NCBI RefSeq assembly: GCF_009914755.1
Contig: NC_060932.1
Length of the DNA: 64,000 nucleotides
Reading direction: 5' to 3' (one strand)
Source of the DNA: the human T2T-CHM13v2.0 reference genome, Homo sapiens
Numbering within the stretch: the first letter of the stretch is position 1; every line of letters starts with the position of its first letter. Both the position numbers and the translations under genes were made by a program. This document shows positions 38,744 to 52,830 of the stretch, one piece after another. The notes beneath the pieces were generated by a model that saw nothing but the letters and a program-made list of their open reading frames with translations, was not told where the DNA came from and searched no databases.

Positions 38744-40735
38744 TGAAAAAAATTGGACAATGTCATATTAGTACAGAGGTGGCTGTATGCATGTATAGGT
38801 CAGCCTCCTTCACATGACTGGGAGCTGCTGGAAGGCAGGACTATTCCTGTCCATCTCTGTATCCCAGCTCCTAGGAGCAAACCTAGCACACAGAGGGAAC
38901 TCAGTATGTGTCCATTGAAAAACTGAATAAATGAACAACATGCACCATCACCTTATCTGGTCAGTTATTTAAAAGCCCCTAATTTCACCATTGCACGGTA
39001 ACTCTTCAGAAGGACAGGCCTTCATCCCAGGCAGTGGAGCTGAGTGATTCAACAATCATGTGCTCGGCTCTCACAATGTGCCAAGGTACAACAAGGCCCC
39101 ACATTGGAGAGGATCAGGGCCCAGAAGGAAAGAAAGATGTGCACACATAGGGTGTGATTGGATGCAGAATGTGGTGAGATGCAATGCTAGATGTAACACA
39201 ACGAATGAGATGAGGGCACAGACCACAGGGTCTCCTCCTTTGCGAGAGAGCCTCCCCGCCCCTCATCATGCCTGCCTGGGCCCATGCTGCACACTCTTGT
39301 AATTGCAATCTCCTCTCCCTTGGGAAGAGCAACATTGGGAACCATCTCCTCTGGTCCTCTCCTCAGGTCCTTCTCCTTCCATGGAGAAGGATTGACCTTC
39401 CTGATTGGCGAGATCAGGGAAGAGACTGAGCATGTGCAATCAGGTCTCCTTACTTGTTCACTGGAGCAAGGCTGCCTGCAGGATGGGGCATTGCTTTTCC
39501 TTTTCCTCTTCCTTCAAGTGGCACAAGGCTTGCAGTTGCTCTTTGCATGAACAATATGGCAATCCTAGTGGACGGCCCTCCAACAGCTTTCCCTCTCAGA
39601 GGATGGATCATAATTGGTCTAAATCGGTCAAGGTAAGCTCATCTCCTATGTCAGGGATTGATCTAAATATGGGCACTTGATCTCATTGTGGTCAATAAGA
39701 TGCAAAAGAATGAAAGCTCCTGGGAAAGAATTTCCTCATATATAAAAAGAAATCCCTCCTTTCTCAACCCACCTCTTCCTGTCTCCCAAATCTATGGTCT
39801 GAGAACTTTTGAGGTTTATCACTCCTTTAAACCTCAACTTACACGGAGGTGGGGATCATATCTGATATATTTACCACTGCACACTCAGTATCTAGCATAG
39901 CGCCTGGCTTATAGGTGGCATTTAATAATTATATTCAATACAGAATGTGATTACTTCCAGCTAGAGTGATTGAGAAGGCTTGATATAGTGATATTAAGAT
40001 GAGCCTTTAAATGTAATAATACTCGTAACATTAATAAGAATAGTAAGAAACTGAAATGTAGAAACTTTGATTAACTTGCCCAAGTTCCCACAGCTAGAAA
40101 ATGGTAAAGCTAAAGATTTGAACCCCAACTTCTGATTCCGGAGAACATGGACTTAATCCAGTAGTCCACTGGGAACCATAAATTCAACAATACAATTCAA
40201 CTCAGCAAACATGTAAAATACCTATTATATCACAGGCTCTAGGAATACAAATAAATGACAGTCCCTGTACAAGATGGTCAGGAAGAAAACCAAGTAATTA
40301 ACAATATTAATAGCTGCCCATTCTTGAGCCAGGTATTTTGTCGACCGATTTACATGTATCATGTCATTTAATATTTTCAACAATCCTATGTGGTCATTAT
40401 TAACACTATCCACATTTTACAAATTAGGGAACTGAGGCAGAGATATTAAGTAACTTATCCAGGATCACACAGCCCAGTGACAGAACTGTGACTTGTATCC
40501 AAGCAACTGTACTTCAGAGTAGCAGCCATTATATACCCAAAACCATCATTGTAAAGTGACATGACAGACCCTATCACAGAAGTGTGTAATGGTGGAGGCA
40601 GCAAAGGAGTTGGGGTGATAAACTGTGCTTGAGTGGACCAGAGAAAACTTTACAAAATAATTTTCAGCCATCCATATGTTTTGAAGTATGGAAAGAAATT
40701 GGCAGGGAAGTTTCTTCATGCCTGCATGTGTTGTT

Positions 40736-40866
40736 GGGGGAGGGCGTGTGTATTTGTGTGTGCACATGTGGGGGGAGGGTGTGTGTATTTGTGTGTGCAC
40801 ATGTGGGGGGAGGGTGTGTGTATTTGTGTGTGCACATGTCGGGGGAGGGCGTGTGTATTTGTGTGT
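40736..40866. repeat. 35-bp minisatellite, ~3.7 copies
   Basis: Unit gggggagggYgtgtgtatttgtgtgtgcacatgtS; aggg recurs at 40741, 40776, 40811 and 40846. Confidence 0.95.
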
Positions 40867-42700
40867 TCCATGCATGTGCACACACCAACATGTAGATAGG
40901 ATATGCGTATGCAAAAATAGCATCTGGAAAGCCTATCTGAGATGGATGAAGAACAATGTAGCTGTGGGGAAAATGCAAGAAAAGATAGAGCCAGAAAGGT
41001 AGTCATGGGTCCTCAAAAAAATTCTGAGCGGTGAAAGAAAAGGCATTGGCTTTGTAAATGCTCTGTTTACTCCTCTGCCAGGAACTCAAAGTTCCAGCAG
41101 GAGGTCAGATGACAAGAGGTAAGGAGAAACCTATCAAGGTCCAGAAGCAAACAAGGAGAAGCCAGCTCCTCAGCCTTCACGTCTGAATGGGTGCAGAAGC
41201 CATGACATGCAGGTACGCATCCAAGGGCCAGGAGGTACCCACAGTTTCTATAAGGGAGCAGCTCCATAAAATGGAGCTAAGAGGCTCACACGAGGCCCGC
41301 TGGCTGCGCCACCCAAACCCCCCACGCCCCAGGGGGAACCTGAGATCTGCCAGGACCAGCCAGAGCACCTGAGAGAGATGTGCCCGTGCACAGCGCCACC
41401 AGCTGGCTCAGGGAGGCGTTTCCTGCCCAAACACCCACTTTCTATTCCCCTCTTCCACTTTCTCCTCCCACACCCCTTCTCTCCTCTCCACTTCTTTGTC
41501 CTGGATCTATGTTATTTTTCTGAGCATCCAATACACAGCAAATATGGTTTGTGCTCAGCCGAGGGATTGCCATCTATACTCAATGTGAAACATCACGGTT
41601 GGATGGGGAACAGATGTTTCTGCCCATTAAAATTTATATGAAAACTATAAACGTTCCTCTGACAAATGAAATAAGTAGAAACCTCTGAGAAATTGTAAAG
41701 TCATCACCCTTGGGAAATTCAGCAGGAGTGATGCATGACCCAGTGGCAACAGTGCTTGCCATTTTTCTTTCTAAATTAAAACACAATCTGGGTAGAGAAA
41801 AGCAAGCCCCTTGCAAATGACACATAGAACCAATATCCTTGGCTATGTCTCTCACACTAGGGAATTCTCTCCTTGGGTTAAGAAATTGCATAGCAAAAAT
41901 ACCATCATCATAATTATTACCCTAAAGAATTTTATTAGGTATCCATCCATTTGTATGCTTAGATTATATAATTTAATATGTGGTTTGGTGTCAGGTTTTA
42001 TGTTGTTTTTTGTACCTTCAAATTGCCAATGAGAAAAACTATGTATTCACTCTTTCACTGCATGAATTTTGAAGAGCCCATTAGGTATTGGGCCAGATGC
42101 TAGGCTGTCTCTGGGATGCACAAATTAAAACAACACAATCCTTCCCCTTACTAAAATCATAATCACTGAACCCACATTCAGTATTGAAATGTCTGTTCAC
42201 CTCAAAGACCAAGCCCTGTCATCACACATGGACAAGATCATAGTGAGACTTCAACTGGGGAAAGAGGAACCACTGAGCCTGAGAAAAAGGGCATGCAGTG
42301 CTCCCAATCCTAATGTAGCAAACATGCTCCTGCCCTCCATGGACACAAAGATGTGTATAAAGCAAAGGGTAACCAGAAGAGAAAACAGCAGAAGTATTCT
42401 CAAATAGCAATTGGTATTTGGTGCTTAAAAATCTAACTCCATTAGTTCCTTTATCCATTATTATGGGATGATTTCGTTAGTATGTCAGATTCTCCAAGTA
42501 CATTTGTGTTAGTCCTTTCTAGATTGCGAGAAACTGAGACATTCTCAGCTGTAGACTTACTGTGAGAGAAGCAAGAAACTATGTTGACTGCTGCCCTGCT
42601 GAGTTTCATGGAAAACACAAATTTCATACAGATTACCACACAACTTCTACTTTCTCATTGAGAATCTTCGTTGCAAAAATTGGAAACTGTCTCAAGTCAC

Positions 42701-43005
42701 TTTTTTTTTTTTTTTTTTTGAGACAGGGTCTTACTCTGTCGCCTAGGCTGGCGTGTAATGGTGCCATCACAGTTCAGTTCACTGCAGCCTCGACCTCCCG
42801 AGCTCAGGTGATCCTCCCATTTCATTCTCCTGAGTAGCTGGGACCACAGGCACACCACCACCCCCAGCTAATTTTTGGATTTTTTTGTAGAGATGAGGTT
42901 TCGCCATGTTGCCCAGGCTGGTCTCAAACTCCTGGGCTTAAGCAATCCTCCCACCTCGGCTTCCTGAAATGCTGGGATTACAGGCGTGAGCCACAATGCC
43001 TGGCC
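42701..43005 (-). mobile_element. Alu (AluJ-like)
   Basis: Poly-T, then gagacagggtcttactctgtcgcctaggctgg...gagccacaatgcctggcc. Confidence 0.93.
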
Positions 43006-45434
43006 AATTTTTTAAAATACTAGTGGATATTATTAAAATGCAGATATCTTGAGGCCCTAAGGGACTTCTTCAAGGGGTCAGAGACAGGAAATAGAAATCT
43101 ATCAGAAGCCAAGACTCACACACTGTCTCACGCCCTCTTTCCACATGGCCTCTCCATGTCTGCTTCTTGCCACATATGTTTCTCTTCTCTCCACACACTG
43201 GCTTTGCTTCTTCTCACCCCATAGCTCTAGTCCCTTTGTTCCAGCCACAGGCAGGGACAGACAATCTCACAGACCCAATTCCAAAGTCCCAGGAAAGAGC
43301 ATCTGATTGGCTAAGCTTGGATGAAACAATCAACCTTGGTCCAATCAACTGAAGCCTGGAAGGCAGAGCCTGGAACTGTAGCACAAATACGGCTGCCACA
43401 CAGAAGCCTTGAGTGTGAAAGGAGGAGGCTCTCTAAAGAAAGGGATTGCTGTGAACTGAGCAAAGGCCACAAAAGGTGTCTGCTAATCTTTGGCAATTCT
43501 GTCATCTCCCCTCAGAGAGCTTCCCTTGCTCCCTGTCCCAGGGCTCTGCTTTATGGTGACCCAGATACTGGTAGTCTCTACTCGCTAAGTTTCTCCCCTC
43601 TCTTATTCCCTGTCTCATGACTTCTTCTTACCTATAGTTGCTATTATTTCACGCCTTCTACTTACTGCCTGTCTCCATGTCTCTTGACTTCTGTGCCACT
43701 TGACTGACAGCATCTCTCTGAGTTAACAGAATTAATTCTCCCAAAAAGTAGATTGGGTTGGACAGGCCTGTCAACCTCAACTGACCTGTAGCTCTCTTTG
43801 GGTCAGTCATCAATCGATCTGTGGTCCCATCAGCTATGGCCAGGGCAGTGGGGTTACCAGGGTATAGAATAGAGATGGAGGGTACAAAAATAAGCAAACC
43901 ATCTGCTTCTACTTTTCCCAGAAAAGAGCCATGGGTCTGGCAGTTTTCCTATGAGCTTCTAATACATTGCAAAAGACCTGTCATGTCTCCAAATACTCTC
44001 TTGACATATTAATAAAATAAGCTCCTTAGGAATCTCTACACTTTTTAAATTCTCAAACAATAACTAGTTTAGCATTTCATATACATTTAATACAATTAAT
44101 ACATTTAATAAAATAAAATTACTACTGTACTACTCAGTGTACTATTGTACCCTCAGCTGGTATTTTACTAAACCTTAATAAACCTTGTCCTTCTCAAATA
44201 CCTACTTCCAAGAGTCTTAAAGTAAAATAGGGCAAGCAATTAATAGATTAAAGGAAAAAACTCCTACACATCACAGAATCGTTGAGTGCTACATAACTTC
44301 TTGGTGACTAAGGCCTTACAATCCTGGTGGTAATATTGTGGTTCTTTTTGTAAAATCCTCTGTAAATTACTTATTTAAGCAGCTAGAGGCAAGCGTATAA
44401 AAGTATCTGCTCTCTGTCCTGCTCTTCACTGAGAAATATGAGCTAATTAATACGAAATGTTACAATGACTCAATTCTCACTATAAATTAAGGAGAAATGT
44501 AACACACAAAGTAAGAGGAAAGAATATATTACTGAGAACAAAAGAACATATCACTGAGAACCAATAGGAGTTTTAGAAAAAGACAGATACATTATGTTAC
44601 ACATAAGATCCTAAATATTTTAATCTCCTAGATACAAGCCCAGCTTCCAATTCATTTACGACCTAAAACATCCAGTTACTAGTGAGCACATCCCTGTACT
44701 GAAGATGCAGATCCTCTGCTGCAGAAAGTTCTTTCACCCAAGAATAGTCACATACCCATCCTTGCTGCCAGCCCAGATGGGGCTTCTCAGCTAGGGAAAA
44801 CTTCATTAGGGGTATGATGTGTTTTATCTAATTGATAGCCACAGATGGGCAATCTTTCTGTCATGCCACTGAATAAAGATGTCCTTTTGGGCTCATTTAC
44901 AAAACTGAAATGTAAAATATTATTTTAAATGGTAGAGGAGCACAAACGCATTGTCTAGCTTTGTACAACTCTTTCCATAAGGAGGGACATTGGTCAGAAT
45001 TACCCTCATGGTCAGGATACCCAGGCTCAGAAGACAGGAGGAGAAGTAACCTGTCTAAGAAGAGCTATATCCCTGCTTCTTGAAATGAATTCAAATCTGG
45101 TGTAGATGGCCTGTCCCTGCCACAGGTCCCTCTCTCACATCTTGTGGTATAAAACAGCTCTTGCCAAGTAGAAGTCCAACGTAAAACCAACAGTGATTTC
45201 TCTTGAGACATCAGATCTAAAATGGAATAAACCCTTATTAGCAAAGTTCAAAAGTAGCATGTGATATCCAGAAAATCTGGGCTACAAGGATAAAAAACCA
45301 AAATAGAATATGCAAATGTGAGAAACACATGAGTTTAATTACTGCAAATGTAAATATAGAATTCCTAGGTAAATCTTTTAGAATGAAAAAGCCATGAAAA
45401 TATATTGATTAGACATGAGCCCCTCGATAGCAGT

Positions 45435-45960
45435 TGTATATTGCAGTGATACTAAACCATACCAAAACTTCGTAGCTTAAAAATAACAATAATTTATTAG
45501 TTCATGATACTATGTGTCATCAGCATGGGCTAGAGGCAGATGGGTGCTTCTCATCGGGGCTTATTTATGTGGCAACTATCAGGTAGCAGCCTAGCAGGGA
45601 CTAGATGATACAAAATAGCTTTGCTCATCTGACTGGCTGTTGGTTGGGCCTCTCTCTCTCCATGTGGTCTCTCATCTCCAACAAGATTAGCCTTGGTTCT
45701 TCCCATGGCAGCTACTGCTGGTCTCTCATCTCCAACCAGATTAGCCTTGGTTCTTCCCATGGCAGCAGTAGCATTCCAAGAGAACAAGACTGGAAGCTGC
45801 AAGGCCTGAACTCCCACAGCTAAAACTCCTATAATGTGTAACTTCCTTCATTCTATTGGACAAAGCAAGTCACAAGGTCAGCTCACATTCAAAATGCGAA
45901 ATAGACTTCACCTATTGATGGGAAGAGAGGCAAAGTCATATTGCTCAGAGCATCCAATAC
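45435..45960 (-). mobile_element. MaLR LTR (MLT1F/H-like) with an internal 54-bp duplication
   Basis: ccataccaaaacttcgtagcttaaaaataacaataatttattagttcatgat...cattctattggacaaagcaagtcacaagg; boundaries approximate. Confidence 0.7.
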
Positions 45961-47001
45961 AAGGAAAGGATGAATCTATGGCCATTTATTGCAATCTATA
46001 CAAGCAAAGAAACACATCCTAATGAGCTCTATTCTCCCTAGCACCTAATATAAGGTTTGGTACACATGGACAATATTTTAAGTCTGTTGTTAAATGAATA
46101 CATAAGTCTTTAGAAATATAGTTAATCCATTGCTGATAAGAGAAATTTCAAAATTAAAACTGCCAGTGCTTTTTTAAAATTAGGGTATTAACCTTTATCA
46201 ACTCTAGTCTTATGTCACTATCCTTACCCTTTCTCTTACATTGGCATGAAAATTTGTTTTCTCCAAATAACTAAGCTGAGATCAGGCTAATTTGACATCT
46301 TCTTGAAAATTTGTGCTAGTTCTCTAATCTAGCTTCTATTATCATCAAAATAACATGGGCCATACCAGATATAATTGTATAATCTGCTTATAAATATAAC
46401 CCCAATGTTCTGTCCCACAGCATCCAAAAGCATACACAACCACAATTCATCGTGGCAGGAATGCAGGCTTATTCACAGCTCATCACAAACAAACTGGGGG
46501 CCCATTTCAAAGTCTACCTAGGAAGGGCACCCAGAAATGTCCACCTTTTAAGTTCTCCTTTTTTTCTTTTCCATCCGCAGCCCCTTCTCTTTTCATGAAT
46601 GGTAGCATGTTTGCTGCTGAGTAGTTTTGTCGGCCTGTTTCCCACCTGTAGAATTTGGGGAGGTGGAGGAGGTCTGATAGCCTTCCTTCATTTCATGCTC
46701 TGTCCCTTTCAGGCTAAATTGGCAGCCTTTCTTGTGGTATAAAATTATTAAAAACCTTGTGAGTCCTCTGTGTATGTCACAGGAATTCATTCCATTAGGC
46801 AAGAGTCTTGTCCACAGATCTTTGCTACATAGTTTATTTCTATTTTTGCTTTTGCTGAGATGGCTGAGGGACAATGCCCTTAAGCTTCTTAGATGCTCTC
46901 TGGTTTGATTAAGATATCTGTGTGCCACACCCTTCAAGGAGGCTTTTGTGTGACTGAATGCTCTGATCTTTTGATCTTTCTGAGATAATAGCAAAAGGTA
47001 G

Positions 47002-47937
47002 TGATGGAGGATTTTTCTTGGCCCCTTCGCTCCACTCGCAGGAGGGGTGTCCTGTCTACTCGGCCCGCCATGCTGAACCCCTTGTGGGAGGGAGCACATG
47101 AGTGAGCGAGTGCGAGATCCGGTCAGCTGCTCCAGGCGCCGGCAGAAGCAAGCTCCATGGAGGGCTCCTGGTGGTACCCAGGTGAGGGTTCCTGTGACCC
47201 TGAAGCACCAGGGTGGGTGTTACGGTGCTCTTTTAGTTCCGCTGTCCACAGGCAGCAGTGTGTTAGCAGTTCAGCTGACCCCTTGTAGTGGCACTTGGGT
47301 GAGGGTGCCCATGACCCCAAGATCCCAGAGTGTGTTACAGTGTTCTTTTAGTTTTGCTGTCTGCGGACAGTGGTGTGTTAGCAATTCAGTTGGCCCTTTT
47401 CCTTGTTGCTTAGGGCAGCTGCCTTCCGCCAGAGAGGGCAAAAGGCCAGTGTAACGCCCTTTCCGGGTACCCACACTCAGTGGGTCCCAAGCTCTTGCCC
47501 AGCATCCAGGAATAATGAGGTTGCTCAGACAATTAAAGGGCAGATAATTTTATTATGCATTAAAAACGGCTCTCAGCAGAGAGGGGAGCTGGAGACGGGG
47601 CAAGATGGACAGGCTGTCTTACCCCAAAGTCTGGTTGTCTCTTCCATAGTCTGGCCATGTCTTCCCTGAAGTCCAGCCGTCTCCCACACTACTGACAGAG
47701 TCTGGGGTCTTTATAGGCACAGGATGGGGGAAGGGCAGGCCTTAGGTAGTTTTGGAAAAGACATTTGACTGGTAAAAAGACATTATTCAGATAGAACCAA
47801 TCAAGAGAGAGCGGGCAAACAGGAATAGAAGTTCTTACTTTGGGCCATGGGTTTCAGGCTACTTTGGCTTGAAGGTGGGGTTTCACCAGGGACCCACCCG
47901 TGTCTGCCTAGAATTTCTCTGCCTCCTACCTGTATCG
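47002..47937 (-). mobile_element. ERV1 LTR (MER52/LTR27-28-like)
   Basis: Minus-strand start (c)gatacaggtaggaggcagagaaattctaggcagac; gagggagcacatgagtgagcgagtgcgagatccgg block; internal ~115-bp tandem repeat at 47177-47400. Confidence 0.75.
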
Positions 47938-47939
47938 AT

Positions 47940-48400
47940 CGTACAGCCACACCCTCAGCCTTTTTTTTTTTTTTAAGAGGATGCTTTCCTAACAGGAGAT
48001 CTTTCCATTTTAGCATATTTTGCAATCTGAATAAGCTAAGCATTTTCCAAAACATGAAGTCTTGGATCTTCTTTTTTTTTTAAGAGTTACCTTGCTCCTC
48101 TTGCATTTGACTGTGAGCAGCAAGAAGATCCAGGCCATACCTTTAACACTTTGCCTGGAAACCTCCTCACCTTGATATCCAAGCTCATCATTTACGAATT
48201 TTGCTTTCCACATAAGTGCAAGTCATAATTCTACTAAGTGTAAGAGGATCCACTTTCCTCCAGTTTCCAATAACATGTTCCTCATTTCCTTCTGAATTCT
48301 CACCAGAATTGTCCTTAAAATTTAGATTTCTATTAATAGTCCCTTCACAACCATTTAGATATTCTCTAAGATGATTCTTCTGAGCCCTCCCCAGCAAAGA
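47940..48400 (-). mobile_element. MaLR internal sequence fragment (probably continuing to the left of the LTR)
   Basis: caggccatacctttaacactttgcctggaaacc... resembles MLT/MST-int. The reverse-strand translation WKAKFVNDELGYQGEEVSRQSVKGMAWIFL resembles MaLR ORF remnants. Confidence 0.6.
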
Positions 48401-50269
48401 CTTTTCTAGAGCCCATAGGCACTTTTCTTAGAGCCCATAGGCAATTGTAAGGGTTGCTTCAATAGTGCTGACCCCTCTGAACAATAGCTTTCATTTATAT
48501 ATAGTTTGCAAAGTGCTTTTTAAAATATTATCTTTATGACATCAGGTGAGGAAAACGAGGCAGTCTTCCTAGCCCCATTTATCACATGGTGAAACCAAGG
48601 CTCAGAGACCTTTCAAAGGTAAGTGACAAGGAAAGGGCTAAAACCTTAGGTCTTCTGGTTTTTACTTTTAAAACACTGTTCCAAGCTCCCTCCCTTCCCT
48701 AAAGATAAAATCTTATTCTGCTGGTAGATTAGCAGAATAGAGGGAACTTAAGCCTTTGAAAATTGAACACATCTTCATTTTAGTTTCTTTTGAGGGAAGG
48801 GAGTTTTCCATAAAATTTAGCATCCAGACAAGCACAAAAGTCAAGGGAGAAGATGAATGAGGCGAGGTCTGTCAGCAGTGAGCTCAGTCCAGTTGGCAGA
48901 GGATATCTGAGATACTTTGGCGCCTTGTGCCTGGATCTATGAAGTGCCCACTGATAAAACCTAAGCTTAGTTTTAAATAAACAGTAAGTCTTCCTTCCAT
49001 CTTGAGCAAGAAAAAGCTAGATATGCCAGGGGCTTCCCATCTAACTTTCAACAAATCTGGACTATTTGCCCAGAACAAAGAAGCCCTTAAAATCAACCAT
49101 CCATGGAAACATTCAAAGAAACCAAGAGATTAATCTATCTACAGAGGCCTCTGGTCCAAGATGGCAGAGTCAACAGGCCTCGACCTCCCCTCCTTCCTAA
49201 AATCACATTGACATGCCAGTAAAGAAAAGAATAAATCACATAAAAGAAGCTTTCAGCAAGTCAGAAATTTGGCAGATTTCTGGGAATAGAGAAGATGAGA
49301 TTGCACTGGCAGATAAAACAGAGAGGAAGCAGCAACAGCTCAGAATGTACACCACAGAAAGCTGTAGCTAAGGCTGGAGCCATTTTGAGGGCTCTGAGTT
49401 CCAAGTCAGCAGGAATAGAGTGGGAGTGGGAAGAGGAGCAGAAATCAGGAGGATGAATGGAAGGCCTGCTGCTGGAACAGAGAGGCAAGTCAGGCTGCAT
49501 CTCCACTTTTATATTTGGAGAACTGTCAGCTGGAGGATGACACCTGGGAAGAAACCAAAACTATGCTTGCTAGAGAGAGTAAAAACTGTCCTTGGGGAGG
49601 ACCACATCTGCTGGTTCATGTGCTGGCCCTGGCAATGGGCACCCATCGTTTGGCCTGCCTTGCATCTCCCTTTCTTTTAGAACTCCACGTTTGCTTTGGG
49701 GAACCACTTATCTTGCACTGCCTACAGTTTGGTCAATCAAGAAACTGTGAGCCAAGTTGCCTTCCTCTCTTGGCTAAGGGGAAGCTCCCTGACCCAAGAG
49801 AGGCCAATCGGATCATCTCTCAAAAGAGACTGACACAAACGCTGAAAACAGCTCAAGTTTTTTCACCTGCCAATAGAGATGTTTCACCTTCATGGAGATG
49901 TTGCCTAGAGGTAAATCCCCAGAGATGTTCTGATTTCTGTGGACCCTGGCTCCTATTCTGCCCTGAACCTGGTTCTTCTACTTCACCCCGGACTTTGTAT
50001 ACTACCCCATATCTTCCCCGTAAGTTTCCCTTGCATCCAAAAAACCATAACTGATACGTAAACCCAGAGTAGAGCCCTTATTGTATAGCATTTCCTTCCT
50101 TGCCATCTACCCTATAGCACAGGCTGCCAGTCCACACCCACTAGTTCTGGGCTAACTATGAGAGCTTCCATTCAAAGATGCCACAGACCCATGCAATAGT
50201 GGAAACCAATGGCACAAAATAGAGAGGCCTAGATAATCAAACTAAATATCTGTAGTCAAAGGAAACAGC

Positions 50270-50980
50270 TAATTAAGTGATGAGAAGACAACTTAAAAAT
50301 AATTCTAATTAGTATACTTAAAGAGATTTGAGACAATTATGCCTAAAAAACCTACAGTAGGTAAAAAAAGGAACAATAAAAAATATGATAACCAAATATT
50401 TTTAAATTATTAGAAAGCAACCAAAAAAAGTCAAGGAGATCCCCTAGAATATATAGCAAAAGCCAAAGAAATGAAAAATAAAAGCAAAATGTTAAGAGTC
50501 ATATAGAGGACTTATCCAGTAGTAACCCCCATATGAATTTCAGAAAGAGAAAATACAAGGGAGAAAAATAGGAAATAAATAACAGAAGAAAATTTCCCAG
50601 AGCTAAAGAAAGATATGTGCTTTATAGATTACAAAGGCTTAGCAAGTACAGATCAGAGAAATAAAAAAGACCCATTCAAGGATACATCATTGAAACTTCT
50701 GAATACCACAGACAAAGGGAAGATCTATTTGTCCTTAGATTTTAAAAAATGAAGATTAACTATAAAAGAATAAAAATTAGATTGTGTCACATGAATAAGC
50801 AACAACGGATGTTGAAAAATACTCTCAAAGTTCTAAGAGAAAATTTATTTTGAACCTAATATTCTGTAAATAGCCAAAATCTCAATGACATATGAGGTGA
50901 AAATGATGAAATTGTCTCACAAGAGCTCAAAAAAATGACCTCTCACATAATCTTTTTGGAAAATAAATTCCTTTAAAAGT
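50270..50980 (+). mobile_element. Old L1 ORF1 remnant
   Basis: aacagaagaaaatttcccagagctaaagaaag and ctcaaagttctaagagaaaat...tgaacctaatattct motifs; A-rich. Confidence 0.6.
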
Positions 50981-51529
50981 ATCCAGCAAGTCGAAAGAAA
51001 ACGTGGAATCCAAGAAAAAAGAAAAGCATGGACTCTAATACACAGGGGACCCAATCAAGTAGCTCAATGTAAAAAAAAAGAAAAGAAATTTTTTTTAAAA
51101 GCCTGGGATAACAGTTGTACAGCGCTTAGGAAGTAACCAATCTAAATTAAAACAATAAATCAAAGAACTCAGAGAATAAGTCTTCAAGAAGTGAAATCAC
51201 ATTAATAAATTAAGCAGCTGGATGGTCTTGGTGATAATATGAAGTTATGTGCTTCTTTTGTACACAGTAAAAAGAAAAAAAGACAAATAGAAACCCTATT
51301 TGGGGAGAAGCATACAAAGATAAGGAAACCACAACCAAATTCAGAATGAAGCCAAAGTGCAGTATGACTTTGAGCCACTGAGAGTGAAAAAAAAAGGTAA
51401 TTCATTTCTGATGCTTGGAACATTTTACTTTGTGTAGTTCAGTTCTGTGGTATATGACTACATTTCCTTCCAACTGCATGTTCTACACAAAATAATATTT
51501 ACATGATTCATGTTTTTGTAAACTTTTTA

Positions 51530-52830
51530 TTGCTGTTCCATTTTTATTGTAAAGTAAAATAAAGATACAAGAGAGGCACAAACCAAACATATAATTTAAT
51601 GAATTACTATTAGGAGAGCATCCATTTAACTACTGCTCAGCTCCTGGAAGAGAACATTGCTACCCACCCAGAATCCCCTCCATTTTCACTATCCCAGTCT
51701 CAACCCTCCTGGGTTTTACACTAATCATTTCTTTGGATATTTTATCACCCAAGTATGCATCCTTAGCTGTTAGAGTTTAATCTCAGTCATTTTAAAAATT
51801 TGATATCTCTTAAGGCTTTTTTTAATATATAGGTTTCCCCTCTATCCCTCTTTTTTTCTTACATTTTATGTATTGAAAAATACGTAGTCTGGACACTGCT
51901 GAGTGCATACTTACAGTACAGTTCAGCATGTTCATCTTCTCTGTATTCCTAAAAATGGGCATCTAGATTCAGAGCTGGGATTGGACTCAGGTTCTGTTCT
52001 TCTCACAGGATAATAGGTGGTAATATGTTCCTTTTTTTTTTTCTTTTTGTTGTTAAGTTTTGCTGTTGTTTCAGTTTTATTGACATAAAATTTACATCCT
52101 ATACAATTCAACCACTTAATGTGTGCAATTCATGGCTTTTAGTATATTCATAGGTGATAAAAATGTAGTAAAATTAGCTGTAGTATTGAGTCAATTTTAC
52201 AACATTTTAATCAACTCGAAAAGAAACCCCATGCCATCTAGCCATCATCCTTTTAAATCCACAGTCCTCCCCATCAGCTTTAGGCAACCACTAATCTTCT
52301 TTCTGCCTCTACTGAACTGCCTATTCTGGACATTTCATATAAATGGAATTATATAATATTTGGTTTCTGTGACTGGCTTCTTTCTTCAACAATGTTTTCA
52401 AGGTGGTTATATATTGTTTCATTAGGAGGTACAAAATGTCCAGTCTTCACTCTTTTTTCATATTAAAGGGTGTTGAAGCTCAATGTGTAGAGCTAATCAG
52501 GGATTGCAAAATGGTGATATTCTAATTTTATCATTTATTTCACATTTATCAGCCTAAATATTTACCTAAAGAGTATTTCCATTCTTTTACAATATTGTTT
52601 TCCAGTAGTAAAGTTCAAATGGAAAAGGCAGGATAAATGCTTGATTCTTTCCCAGTCTTCACGAGTTTTCAAGATAATCTCATCCTCCAGAGGTGATCAA
52701 TTACATTTAAATATATACATATATATAAATTTAACAGTCATGGATTTAAACATATTTGATAGATTTTTATTGATTCCAACTATCATTCTTTTTCAAGCTC
52801 AATTTATACTATCTTTGGCCAGTGGGACTC
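51530..52830 (-). mobile_element. L1M 3' fragments (with a younger L1MA/MB 3' end at ~52070-52400)
   Basis: ggcaaccactaatcttctttctg...ctattctggacatttcatataaatggaattatataatat. Confidence 0.7.

Noticed and set aside
44396-44403. Isolated TATAAAAG on the plus strand
   Set aside because: AT-rich context with no CpG island, convincing downstream exon or ORF; likely chance.
46593-47099. 168-aa minus-strand ORF starting in the LTR
   Set aside because: It spans an LTR/flank junction with no recognisable gag, pol or env motifs.
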